In this document: one piece after another, positions 19,105 to 28,298 of the stretch
Layout: every line of letters begins with the position of its first letter
Numbering within the stretch: position 1 is the first letter of the stretch
IMG/VR virus record: IMGVR_UViG_3300002835_000011
Length of the DNA: 64,000 nucleotides
Direction: 5' to 3' (one strand)
From: an uncultured virus (IMG/VR IMGVR_UViG_3300002835_000011)
Taxonomy: Duplodnaviria > Heunggongvirae > Uroviricota > Caudoviricetes
Notes under the pieces: model-generated
The model's database searches: none
Seen by the model: only the letters and a program-made list of their open reading frames with translations
What the model was told of the DNA's origin: nothing
Position numbers and translations under genes: made by a program

Positions 19105-19830
19105 ATGAGACATATAGAATATTTTAACCTATTTAAACAAAAATCTATATTAGAAAAAGATACGTCCACCTATACCAGGGATGGTGAAAATATAGACGGA
19201 ATAGTATACGGAAATGCTCCTATAGAATTTAAAGAAATTATTGAGGATAAGAAAGATCCAATAAAAAATTGGTTCGAAAAAGAGGGGCTTATTAAAAAAA
19301 TCATAGAGGAAGCACCTCTTAATAGTAGTGAAACGACAAAGGAGGATCTCTCAATTTTAATAGAAAAAACATCTAAAGCAACGGGAGACGATCTCAATTT
19401 TGCTAGATATGCTGACGATCAAAATAATCTTCCTAACTTGTTTATAGATCTTTTACAATCTAAAGGATACAGTGAAACTATGGAGGGATATTTCATGGTA
19501 GATAATCAAACCGACGTAATATTAAATTTTCTTAAGGATGTTATAAATCGTCCAAGGCCATACCAACTTGCTAAAGCTTATGATTTGCCTCTTTATCCTC
19601 TTATTCGTACTAATGCTATGACTGCAGCATATCCTAGTGGACACTCACTTACTGCTTTTGTTATGGCAGACCACTATTCAAATAAATATCCAGAAATTTC
19701 AGAAGATTTACAAGAACTGGGAAAAAGAATTGCAGATAGTAGAGAAGTAACAGGAATACATTATCCTTCAGATACTAAAATATCTAGAATGATCGCAGAT
19801 ATTATAGCAGAAAATAATCTCATCAAATAA
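19105..19830 (+). CDS. PAP2 / acid phosphatase with virion-type leader
   Basis: K...NRPRP, YPSGH and SR...GIHYPSD; MRHIEYF leader; GATATATA at 19090-19097. Confidence 0.88.
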   Translation: MRHIEYFNLFKQKSILEKDTSTYTRDGENIDGIVYGNAPIEFKEIIEDKKDPIKNWFEKEGLIKKIIEEAPLNSSETTKEDLSILIEKTSKATGDDLNFARYADDQNNLPNLFIDLLQSKGYSETMEGYFMVDNQTDVILNFLKDVINRPRPYQLAKAYDLPLYPLIRTNAMTAAYPSGHSLTAFVMADHYSNKYPEISEDLQELGKRIADSREVTGIHYPSDTKISRMIADIIAENNLIK

Positions 19831-19839
19831 ATAATAATA

Positions 19840-20412
19840 ATGAAGCATATAGAAGCTTATAGCTCATTTAAAAAAGATTTTGTATCTGAAAATATATCTT
19901 ATCATTTCGATAACAATATAAGCTTATTAGAAAGCGTTTTTAGAGTGGAATCTGAAGCTTGGTTAGATCTTGTTAACGAGGCAAGGGATTTATTCTACGG
20001 AAATAAAATAGGACTAACTGAAGACGAGATCTGGCTGGTTAGCACGGATGCTGGCAAAAAGGGAATATATGAAGGAAGAGAGGTTCTTCTTGACATACCT
20101 TTTGAAGATGTGGAAGAACTACATGAGGCAGAGTATAGAGGAAGAAAAGTTAACCTCAATAAGCCATTCAGAACTCCTTCAGGCCCTAGAAAATTTGCAG
20201 TATACACCAAAAACGAAAGTGGCAACGTTGTTAAAGTTGGGTTTGGCGAGCCAGGAATGAGAGTAAACAACAACGATCCTAAAAAAGCTAGATCTTTTCA
20301 GAAAAGAATGCGATGCGATTCTCCTGGACCCAAATGGAAAGCTAAGTATTGGGCTTGTAACGTAGCAAGATATAGAAAGCTTCTGGGAATAAAATCAAGT
20401 AATCCATGGTAA
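19840..20412 (+). CDS. Conserved phage protein with virion-type leader
   Basis: MKHIEAY leader; LHEAEYRGRKV.LNKP, VKVGFG and RM.C...YWAC. Confidence 0.7.
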   Translation: MKHIEAYSSFKKDFVSENISYHFDNNISLLESVFRVESEAWLDLVNEARDLFYGNKIGLTEDEIWLVSTDAGKKGIYEGREVLLDIPFEDVEELHEAEYRGRKVNLNKPFRTPSGPRKFAVYTKNESGNVVKVGFGEPGMRVNNNDPKKARSFQKRMRCDSPGPKWKAKYWACNVARYRKLLGIKSSNPW

Positions 20413-20753
20413 TGAATCATATAGAAATATACGAAAACTTTAATCAAAGAACTATGATTCTTAAACACAGAAACTTTGGTGAAATTAAAGTTGAATTACA
20501 AGGAAGCCAAATAATGGATGTTGTAAATAATTCCAACATAAACTTCCCTTTTATGGTTGGATCTTCATGGAATAGATCGATAGAAACATGGGCTTGTAAT
20601 AACAACTTCATTAAAATAGAAACATGGATGAATAACCGAATGGCTAGAGAAATGAATCCATGTCCAGAAGAAAAAATATTCGGAGTTAGAGCTAAGGATG
20701 TTCCACAAGGACACGAGTGGAGAATGCTATTCCCTAATAAATTTAGAAGATAA
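20412..20753 (+). CDS. Hypothetical protein with virion-type leader
   Basis: MNHIEIYENF. Confidence 0.65.
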   Translation: MNHIEIYENFNQRTMILKHRNFGEIKVELQGSQIMDVVNNSNINFPFMVGSSWNRSIETWACNNNFIKIETWMNNRMAREMNPCPEEKIFGVRAKDVPQGHEWRMLFPNKFRR

Positions 20754-20754
20754 A

Positions 20755-21579
20755 TTAAGCAACGTTGTTTTGCCCTAAATCGGAGATATTAAACTTGTCC
20801 GCTTGTACTCTTGCTTTTTCTAAACTTCCAAGATAGTCATTGTTGATATCTTTTCCCCATCCAGCATTTGCGTTGACCATCGCTTTTAAAGCAGTCTCTT
20901 GATCCTTAAAAGCATTTATATCCTTAACCCCATATTTTTGATACATTTTAGGATTAGAAGCTCTGTCTAAGAAATAAAGAACTGCTGTCTCTGCTGCTAC
21001 GTCTATATCATTTAAAACATCAGGATTCGCCACTATATCTACTTTTCTATCTAGTTTTCCTAGCTTATCTAGTAGTTTCTGCATATTTTGATATATTCCC
21101 TTGAAAGTTATACCGTTGAATCCTCTTCCTCTGTATTTATAACCCTCACCTGGCGCATTTCCATATCTTCCACCGTAAACTTTATTATAAAATGCCTGAT
21201 CGTCTTTTTTCAACTGATCTATTTGAGCATCTGACATTTCACCAACACGACTTCCAAATATACCTCTTATTCTCGAAGCTGATGTATTAGAATATGATGT
21301 CTCATTCTTAGGCACAAATCCTGTTTCTTTTCCTATAACACCGAGTATAGCTTTTTGTGTGAATGGATTAGTTATTTCATGTTTTTGCATTGCACTTATA
21401 ATTGCCTGAGCATTTTTTGCTTTGTCTCCCGAGACTTCACCTTTCATTGTGATAGAACCCCCAACAGGAGACTTCTGTAATCCTTCTCCTCCAAGGAGTT
21501 TCATTAGAGATCCCGCATAGTCACCGAATAACTGCTCGTTCATCGATCTAAATTCATTTAGTGTTTTAAGATACTTCAT
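20755..21579 (-). CDS. GH19-like (lysozyme/chitinase) peptidoglycan hydrolase with EQLF leader
   Basis: GKETGF, VYGGRYGN and GYKYRGRGFNGIT; MKYLKTLNEF..NEQLF leader; GATATATA at 21598-21605. Confidence 0.85.
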   Translation of the reverse strand: MKYLKTLNEFRSMNEQLFGDYAGSLMKLLGGEGLQKSPVGGSITMKGEVSGDKAKNAQAIISAMQKHEITNPFTQKAILGVIGKETGFVPKNETSYSNTSASRIRGIFGSRVGEMSDAQIDQLKKDDQAFYNKVYGGRYGNAPGEGYKYRGRGFNGITFKGIYQNMQKLLDKLGKLDRKVDIVANPDVLNDIDVAAETAVLYFLDRASNPKMYQKYGVKDINAFKDQETALKAMVNANAGWGKDINNDYLGSLEKARVQADKFNISDLGQNNVA

Positions 21580-21641
21580 TTTTATTATGTTACCTCTTAT
21601 ATATCTTTAATTTTTTAAACTATTTCTCTTAAATTAGCGAT

Positions 21642-21956
21642 ATGAACAAAAAGGCTTATTTAATTAAAGGATCTAGAATAGAAGGAGAGGAAAGAAAGGT
21701 TTGGATAGAAAGGGTAACCATATCAAAACCAAGAGCAGAAAAGATTAAAGAAACACTAAATAGTTCCCTTCTATCTGATATAGAAAAGGGTAAAGAAATA
21801 TTTGATAAGTATATCAAAGAAGGTAGTGAGGATTCACCTTGGGAGGATAAAGGATTTTATCTAGATCAAATGTCAGAAGATGAATTTAAGTATTTTTGTT
21901 ACTATAGATATGGAACTAAGCTTCCTTTTACTATACACGAAATGGAGTTAAGCTAG
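21642..21956 (+). CDS. Hypothetical protein
   Basis: 104-aa ORF. Confidence 0.55.
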   Translation: MNKKAYLIKGSRIEGEERKVWIERVTISKPRAEKIKETLNSSLLSDIEKGKEIFDKYIKEGSEDSPWEDKGFYLDQMSEDEFKYFCYYRYGTKLPFTIHEMELS

Positions 21957-22837
21957 CCAAAAATTCCGCTTATTTTTTTTCTTCTGGCTATCACCTTAAA
22001 TCTCTTCTCTGCTTTTTTTGCAATTATTCGAGCCCACTCTGGTGTTCTTCCCATTTTTTCTCCTATAGCTCTAAATTCCATAGGTTCCTTTTCTTCTCCC
22101 AATCCATATCTCAGCATAATAACTTCCTTTTCGATAGGCTTTAATTCAGAAAGAACCTGTAAAACAATATTTTTAAAGTCCTCATCTATAACTATACTGT
22201 CGCTATTCTCTGATGACTCTATAAAATTTATAGGACTAAATATATCTTCATCCGGATTATTACTACCGTGGCTTTCTAGTGGAATTGAAACTGGATTATT
22301 CTTTATAGTTTCTATTGTGCTGTTAGAGATCTTAATTCCATTTTCTGGATCTTTTATTATTTCTATCATCTCCTCGAGCGAAGGCTCTCTACCATTATAG
22401 GAGGTAAATTCATCCTCTAACAGCTGGTATCTCCTCATTTCATGATTAATGTTAGTTGGTATTCTTATTGACCTGGAATGATTATTAAGATACATTAATA
22501 TGTTTTTTCTTATGTGCCATACGGCATAGCTTATAAATTTAAAACCAGTACTAGGATCGAAAGTCTCTATGGCTTCTACTAGTCCCTTGTTTCCCTCTGA
22601 TATTAGGTCTTCTAAATTTGCCTTTGGGGATTCATAAGCTTTTGCTACAGAAACTACAAATCTTAAATTAGATTTTAAGATTATCTCTTTAGATTTTGCA
22701 TCCCCCTCCCTTGATTTTATTGCTAGTCTTGCTTCTTCGTCAGGTGTAAGTATAGGATATCTGGAAATTTCTGTAAAATATCGATTTAAATTATCTGTTA
22801 TGTTAGTGATTCGGTTGACTATTTTAAAATCACGCAT
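21953..22837 (-). CDS. Sigma-70 family factor (divergent paralogue)
   Basis: SNLRFVVSVAK, DLISEGNKGL, FDPSTGFKFISYAVWHIR and region-4 HTH. Confidence 0.95.
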   Translation of the reverse strand: MRDFKIVNRITNITDNLNRYFTEISRYPILTPDEEARLAIKSREGDAKSKEIILKSNLRFVVSVAKAYESPKANLEDLISEGNKGLVEAIETFDPSTGFKFISYAVWHIRKNILMYLNNHSRSIRIPTNINHEMRRYQLLEDEFTSYNGREPSLEEMIEIIKDPENGIKISNSTIETIKNNPVSIPLESHGSNNPDEDIFSPINFIESSENSDSIVIDEDFKNIVLQVLSELKPIEKEVIMLRYGLGEEKEPMEFRAIGEKMGRTPEWARIIAKKAEKRFKVIARRKKISGIFG

Positions 22838-22885
22838 TCATTTATATTTAATGGTTTATAATCTTATTAACTAAACAGAAATTAG

Positions 22886-23086
22886 TTACATGAAATTCTG
22901 ATTTTTATTCTTTTCCATCCACATTTTAGCACCATTTCCTAGCATATCAAATATTTCATTCGATGGCATTTCTGATTGCTGCATATGTTTTTTGAATTCT
23001 CTATCTGCTTCGGGATTAACTCCAGCAGCTTTGTTTAAAGAATCCAGCTTCTTTTTTACGTTTTCTAAATACTCTCTATAGTCCAT
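22886..23086 (-). CDS. Small hypothetical protein
   Basis: MDYREYLE start; AATATATA upstream. Confidence 0.55.
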   Translation of the reverse strand: MDYREYLENVKKKLDSLNKAAGVNPEADREFKKHMQQSEMPSNEIFDMLGNGAKMWMEKNKNQNFM

Positions 23087-23152
23087 AGTGTATATATTTA
23101 ATCTTTTTTTTAATAGGATTTTAATTTCTACAATTGGGAAAATTATGATAGT

Positions 23153-23452
23153 ATGAGGAAATGTAAATGCGACTATACCTTTAATATTATTGATGATGTT
23201 TTGGTTATCGAAGATCTAAATCAGGGGAACATGTCTGTCACAAACGGAGCAGAAGATGTTATTACTGAGATATACCAAAATATAGGAGAGAACATAAAAA
23301 GATACCCCATAATTTATAAGGATTCAGAAGGAATATGGGACGGTTTAAAACCCGTGTGGGCTCTTTCCGAATGTGCAGAGATTTATTTTTTACACATAGG
23401 TTCTACAGATCTATCTGAAGCAATTCAAAAAGCAAAGGAAAAGAAACAATAG
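23153..23452 (+). CDS. Hypothetical phage protein
   Basis: SVTNGAEDV and IIYKDSEGIWD motifs. Confidence 0.65.
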   Translation: MRKCKCDYTFNIIDDVLVIEDLNQGNMSVTNGAEDVITEIYQNIGENIKRYPIIYKDSEGIWDGLKPVWALSECAEIYFLHIGSTDLSEAIQKAKEKKQ

Positions 23453-23491
23453 CCTTAATAGTGTCTATAAATTGATATAATATAGACACGA

Positions 23492-25105
23492 ATGAAAAAG
23501 GTAATAGATTGTTTTACATTCTATAACGAATTAGAAATACTTGAACTAAGGCTTACCGAACTATACGATGTTGTAGACCATTTTATATTAGTAGAGGCAG
23601 AAAAAACTCATAAGGGAGAGAATAAAAGATTCATTTTCGAAGAAAACAAATGGAGATTTGAAAAATGGATCGATAAAATCATACACGTTAAAGCGTACTA
23701 CCCGAGTAATATATCAGATCCTTGGGGTAGGGAGAAATTCCAAAGAAATTCCTTTATGCCCACTCTTTATTCGTTGGGACTTTCAGATAGGGATATAGTT
23801 TTTATCACTGATGTAGATGAGATCTTAAATTCAGAAAGAGTAGAATACATAAAAAATTCTTACGATCTTAATTGTATTAATAAGATGGAGATGATAACAT
23901 ATTTTGGTAATTTCTATAATAAGGAGATTACAAATAAATGGTATCATCCTAAGGTTGTTAATTGGGGAACTTTAAAAGGAACAACTCCAGACCAGTGCAG
24001 ATTAACTTTTGATTGTCAATGGTGGGAAAATGGGGGATGGCACCTAACTTACTTTGGCGGATCCGAACGAATAGCAAACAAATTAGAGAATTTTGCACAC
24101 CAGGAATACAACAAAGATAAATTCAAGGATCTGAATCATATAGAGGATTCAATATCTAACGGAAAGGATCTTTTCGGGGAATGGAGAAAATTTGACAGGA
24201 AAGATCCAGAAAAAAATCCGGATCTACCAAAAAATTGGAGAATCCTACATGAGGGTAATACCGAAATACCAACAAGGAGTAAAAAAAATCTAGTCTTAGG
24301 AACTGCAATAGGATTAGGACCAGATGATGTAATGAATTTTGTTAAATCATTCAGAGAATTTAACAAGGCAGATGATGTATATCTAATAACAAATGTATCT
24401 CCCAATAGAGGATTAGTCCTACTGCTAAAAAAATACAACGTATCAATACTTTCTAGCTCTTTTAACACTATAAATAGAACTAACTTTAATCTAAACGTAC
24501 ACAGATTCTATAAATATCTAGATTTCATTTCTGAAAATAAGGATCAATATAAGAACATTTTAATAACTGATGTTACGGATGTAGTTTTTCAATCTAATCC
24601 TTTTGAGAACGACTTTAAAAAAGAATTCATAGTATTTTCTGAAGAGTACGAAGGTGAGAAAATAAAAGATAACTCTTTTAACAGAAGATGGGTTTCTATA
24701 ACTTTCGGAAATAGCGGATTGGATAAAATAGGGGATATGCCTATTATATGTGCAGGTACAACTATCGGATCCATAAAAAATATAATGAATTATCTTAAAT
24801 CCATGGTTATGATTATGTCAGAAAAGATTGAGATTAATCCAGGAATTGAATCCGAAGGTATCGATCAAGGTGTACATAATTATATTGCTAGAAACAACAC
24901 AATTCTTTTTAAAAATTCGGAAGTGAAAAAGTGTGGTGATTTTATAGCAACTATAGGACTAGTTTGCCAAAAAGATCCTGATTTTATAGAAATAAAAGAA
25001 GATTATATAGAGACTGGTAAAAATAAACCATGCATAGTACATCAATACAATAGATCTAAACAAATAAGCGAATTCTATGACAGAAAGTATAAAGAGGGAT
25101 ATTAG
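23492..25105 (+). CDS. Two-domain glycosyltransferase (N-terminal GT17-like plus a second GT-A-like domain)
   Basis: DCFTFYNELEILELR, TDVDEI, GWHLTY and FAHQE; C-terminal TDVTDV.FQ, DQG.HN and HQYNR. Confidence 0.85.
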   Translation: MKKVIDCFTFYNELEILELRLTELYDVVDHFILVEAEKTHKGENKRFIFEENKWRFEKWIDKIIHVKAYYPSNISDPWGREKFQRNSFMPTLYSLGLSDRDIVFITDVDEILNSERVEYIKNSYDLNCINKMEMITYFGNFYNKEITNKWYHPKVVNWGTLKGTTPDQCRLTFDCQWWENGGWHLTYFGGSERIANKLENFAHQEYNKDKFKDLNHIEDSISNGKDLFGEWRKFDRKDPEKNPDLPKNWRILHEGNTEIPTRSKKNLVLGTAIGLGPDDVMNFVKSFREFNKADDVYLITNVSPNRGLVLLLKKYNVSILSSSFNTINRTNFNLNVHRFYKYLDFISENKDQYKNILITDVTDVVFQSNPFENDFKKEFIVFSEEYEGEKIKDNSFNRRWVSITFGNSGLDKIGDMPIICAGTTIGSIKNIMNYLKSMVMIMSEKIEINPGIESEGIDQGVHNYIARNNTILFKNSEVKKCGDFIATIGLVCQKDPDFIEIKEDYIETGKNKPCIVHQYNRSKQISEFYDRKYKEGY

Positions 25106-25646
25106 AAATCTAATATTTAAAAAAATAGAAAAATTACAAAGAGAACCACAGACGTTAAAAAAATTCTTTGTATTTAGTATCGAGGATCTTAATCAAGACT
25201 ACGAAGGGTGTATCCAAGTTATTGAGGATTACATTGAGTCACATAAAGATAAAATTCTAGACTTTGAATTTGAATCTTGGATAGATGAGTCAGCAATGAT
25301 ACCAGTAGTAATGATGAAAATCCATCTAGTTCCATCGCTTTCTTCTCATTTAATGAGCATAAAACAATTAAACAATCTATTACCTTCTAGCACTGAATCT
25401 GATATCGTTAGAGAAGAAATATCTGAAATTTTATCTAAGTACTCCTGGGATCTAAACACAGAGGAAACTAGAAAATCTATTATGGATAATATAAAATTCA
25501 GATTAGATATAGAATCTATAGAAGATAGAACATCTACAGAAAATATAGATTCCGGGATCTTAAACTTTGTAATTAAAAAAGACGGGTTAGAGATGAATCT
25601 TAATGAATATCTAGATCATATAGCTTCAGAAAAAAGATTTGAATAA
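25077..25646 (+). CDS. Hypothetical protein
   Basis: 189-aa ORF. Confidence 0.55.
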   Translation: MTESIKRDIRNLIFKKIEKLQREPQTLKKFFVFSIEDLNQDYEGCIQVIEDYIESHKDKILDFEFESWIDESAMIPVVMMKIHLVPSLSSHLMSIKQLNNLLPSSTESDIVREEISEILSKYSWDLNTEETRKSIMDNIKFRLDIESIEDRTSTENIDSGILNFVIKKDGLEMNLNEYLDHIASEKRFE

Positions 25647-25656
25647 TATATAAGAG

Positions 25657-25923
25657 GTGAAAGATTTACCATTTGAAGAATCTTGGATATCTGATAACAT
25701 ATCGATAAGGACTTTTAGCCCGGACACTGAATCCGAAGAGCTAAAATGGCACATTGATATGGAAGACCGAATAATAGAATCCCTTAGTGAAAACGATTGG
25801 CAATTTCAATCTGACAATAAGCTTCCTGTTAAAATAGAAGGAACTATAGAAATAAAAAAAGGGGAATGGCACCGAATTATTAAAGGTTCCACTCCCCTAA
25901 GAATTAAAGTAACTAGATACTAG
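25657..25923 (+). CDS. Small cupin-like conserved phage protein
   Basis: ELKWHID.EDR and WHRIIKG; AATATATA upstream. Confidence 0.6.
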   Translation: MKDLPFEESWISDNISIRTFSPDTESEELKWHIDMEDRIIESLSENDWQFQSDNKLPVKIEGTIEIKKGEWHRIIKGSTPLRIKVTRY

Positions 25924-26522
25924 GCTGCTTTAATATCTGAAGATTCTATTAAAGTATAGGTAAAAGAATTACCGTGTATTCCTCTAGCTTTTCTTACAAT
26001 CGTCATGAACGATTCAAAATCTGCAGATTTTTTAAATACCTGACATCCTTCAGACCAGTTTTCAACATATGTTGAATCAGCTCCAGCTTTATGTATATTG
26101 ATACCAAAAACGCCCTCCTGGATTTTATTCTCGTCATATTCTAGATCCTTATCAGCGTCTCTATAAACCTTTACTGGTTTAGCTTGCTTTAATGCTTCGT
26201 ATTTTCCCTGGTGTAAACCAATTCCATGTGATCCTCTGTATTGTCCCTCAACTAATCTAGCTACACCAGCAGTATTATGATATTCAAGAACACCTTTTTT
26301 TCCAGGATCTGTAGTTGCAGGCCATTCATGATATTTCCATGCTCCAGTCTCGTCTTTGTAGGATATGGTTAATAAATCATCAAAAGCATTAGTAACTTTT
26401 TGTCCTGTAGATGAATTTCTGATCCCAATAATATTAACATCGAATCCTTTGTTATTAGCGTCTTCGAAATAGACATATCCCTTGGCTTTAACGGCAGCCT
26501 CAACCTGTTCTCTTGTGTACAT
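25920..26522 (-). CDS. Putative cell-wall peptidase (L,D-transpeptidase-like His/Cys motif)
   Basis: TTDPG and GINIHK...WSEGCQV; downstream of the endolysin. Confidence 0.65.
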   Translation of the reverse strand: MYTREQVEAAVKAKGYVYFEDANNKGFDVNIIGIRNSSTGQKVTNAFDDLLTISYKDETGAWKYHEWPATTDPGKKGVLEYHNTAGVARLVEGQYRGSHGIGLHQGKYEALKQAKPVKVYRDADKDLEYDENKIQEGVFGINIHKAGADSTYVENWSEGCQVFKKSADFESFMTIVRKARGIHGNSFTYTLIESSDIKAA

Positions 26523-26588
26523 ATTTTATACTTTATTTGATATTATTTATCTCAATATTTCAATAATTCTTGTATCTAAAATTCATAC

Positions 26589-26723
26589 TTATAACAATTC
26601 TCTGTTCATTAATCTATTTTGATAATATATTACACCAAGCATAAGGATAATCACGAAAGATTGCTCCTTAAGCTTAGAAATAAAAACATCAAAAAATCCT
26701 CCCATTGGGGTTTTAGCTTCCAC
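26589..26723 (-). CDS. Short single-TM protein in the lysis cassette (holin-like or truncated)
   Basis: Translated by hand from GTG: VEAKTPMGGFFDVFISKLKEQSFVIILMLGVIYYQNRLMNRELL. Confidence 0.5.
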   Translation of the reverse strand: MEAKTPMGGFFDVFISKLKEQSFVIILMLGVIYYQNRLMNRELL

Positions 26724-26725
26724 GA

Positions 26726-27559
26726 TTATTTAAGCAATGAGTAATACTCTTTAAAGTGTTTGATTCTATCAGGTAATCCGATAGTACCTCCATTTACTCT
26801 TTTTGTTACTGCGGTAACTGTAGCATCGTCTGATCCTCTGTCGCAAATTGACCATAAGCTATTGTTATTGAAGAAGAATGCTGCAGACATTAGAGGGTAT
26901 TTAGTAGCAACTAAATCCGGATTTCCTAAGATATCGTCATCTACGAATTTATCAAAAGAAGCATAGTTAGATTTTCCTGTTAATTGGATATAGCCTCTAC
27001 CTCTAAATTTAAAACCTTCTTTAGAAGCTTCGTCACCATTGCCCATTCTGTTTCCATAAACCCTAGAAGCTATCTTTTCTGGCTGTCTTGCATAAGATTC
27101 ATTAAGATTTCCAGGGAAATATTTTGGGAATATCTTTTTAAGGCCGTCGGCAGAATAATTAAGATTTTCTGAAACGGCTTTAAAACCTCCAGACTCGTGT
27201 CCACACTGTGCTAAGAAGTGTGCAAGTCTTAATGTGTTAGTGATATTAAATTTAGCTGCTGTATCTGGGATCTGTGCAAGAACTGCATCAGGAATATGAC
27301 CCTTTAAATTTTCTAGCTTGAAAGCTGAAGGTGGTATAGAAACTGGAGCTGCTGCAGGAGCTGCTGCTACTGGTGCTGAACCAAACATCTTAGCCCAAGT
27401 ACCGTCGCCAACAATACCGTCGGCTTTTAGACCGTTAGCTGCTTGCCATTCTTTAACTTTTGCTTCTGTTCCTGGACCGAAGGAACCATCTGCGGTAAGG
27501 CCCAATTTTTCTTGGAGTTTTTTTACATCTTCTCCCTTAGATCCATTTTTAAGTAACAT
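26726..27559 (-). CDS. Modular endolysin: peptidoglycan-binding domain plus GH19 catalytic domain
   Basis: GSKGEDVKKLQ..ADG.FGPGT, Ala/Pro linker, FLAQCGHESGGF, FRGRGYIQLTG and VNGG. Confidence 0.93.
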   Translation of the reverse strand: MLLKNGSKGEDVKKLQEKLGLTADGSFGPGTEAKVKEWQAANGLKADGIVGDGTWAKMFGSAPVAAAPAAAPVSIPPSAFKLENLKGHIPDAVLAQIPDTAAKFNITNTLRLAHFLAQCGHESGGFKAVSENLNYSADGLKKIFPKYFPGNLNESYARQPEKIASRVYGNRMGNGDEASKEGFKFRGRGYIQLTGKSNYASFDKFVDDDILGNPDLVATKYPLMSAAFFFNNNSLWSICDRGSDDATVTAVTKRVNGGTIGLPDRIKHFKEYYSLLK

Positions 27560-27602
27560 AGGAATATATTTTTTATTATATATTCCCAGTTTGGGATAAA
27601 AA

Positions 27603-27848
27603 CTATTGGTAGGTAACCTTGGTAACTTCTACGGTGTCACCGATCTGATATTTCTTTTTTGTTCTAAAAGTCCTCCCACAAGATGTTTTTAATCTGAATC
27701 CTAATGGACGATTTATATCATCATGAACTGATGAAGGTTGAATTTCCTCACAAGAAATAACAGCACACTTAAAAACTTCCTCTTTCTTCTTAAAATCAAC
27801 ACAAGAAGAAAAAAGTAGTAGCCCAAAAAATAATAAAAAGTTGTTCAT
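27603..27848 (-). CDS. Putative lipoprotein
   Basis: LLFSSC lipobox; TATATTTG host-type promoter at 27853-27860. Confidence 0.6.
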   Translation of the reverse strand: MNNFLLFFGLLLFSSCVDFKKKEEVFKCAVISCEEIQPSSVHDDINRPLGFRLKTSCGRTFRTKKKYQIGDTVEVTKVTYQ

Positions 27849-27895
27849 ATTTCAAATATAGAAAAAAATCTGGGAGATAAAAAACGTTTTCTGAT

Positions 27896-28072
27896 CTAAT
27901 TAGAACTAAACAGTTCTTTATATACTTCTATCCTATTGTCGTTGAGCTGTAAACAAAGCTCCATTTGTTTTTCTTTCTTGTCCTTAGGATATTTTTTTCT
28001 TAATAGATTGTATAATTCTAGCCTCTCCCCTTCTAACTTAACACCAAGAGGGAATTTAATTCTTTCCTGCAT
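27896..28072 (-). CDS. Small hypothetical protein (58 aa, MQERIKFP...)
   Basis: Translated by hand. Confidence 0.5.
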   Translation of the reverse strand: MQERIKFPLGVKLEGERLELYNLLRKKYPKDKKEKQMELCLQLNDNRIEVYKELFSSN

Positions 28073-28123
28073 CTTAAATAATATGCCTATTATAGATAGA
28101 TAAAGAGATAAAAATTCATCTTT

Positions 28124-28200
28124 ACACGGCTTAGGACCGTGATGTTACGAGAGTATCATCTAAGACCAGGGGAATCGCAACCACCCTGGTCTTTATTTTT
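28124..28200 (+). ncRNA. Candidate structured RNA (three hairpins, the last followed by a U-rich tract)
   Basis: CACGG/CCGTG stem; ATGtTAC-GAGA-GTAtCAT stem with a GNRA loop; 10-bp AAGACCAGGG/CCCTGGTCTT stem. Confidence 0.6.
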
Positions 28201-28298
28201 TATATCATATTTTAAGGGATTAAAAAAATTCAACAATTTTTTAAAAAATTATACCATGTTTTCAAGTTTAAAAAATATATAGATAAACGACGAAAAAA

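Noticed and set aside
25077..25646. Resemblance of WDLNTEETR...TENID to tail-sheath C-termini
   Set aside because: Too short and weak to support a structural call without a profile search.
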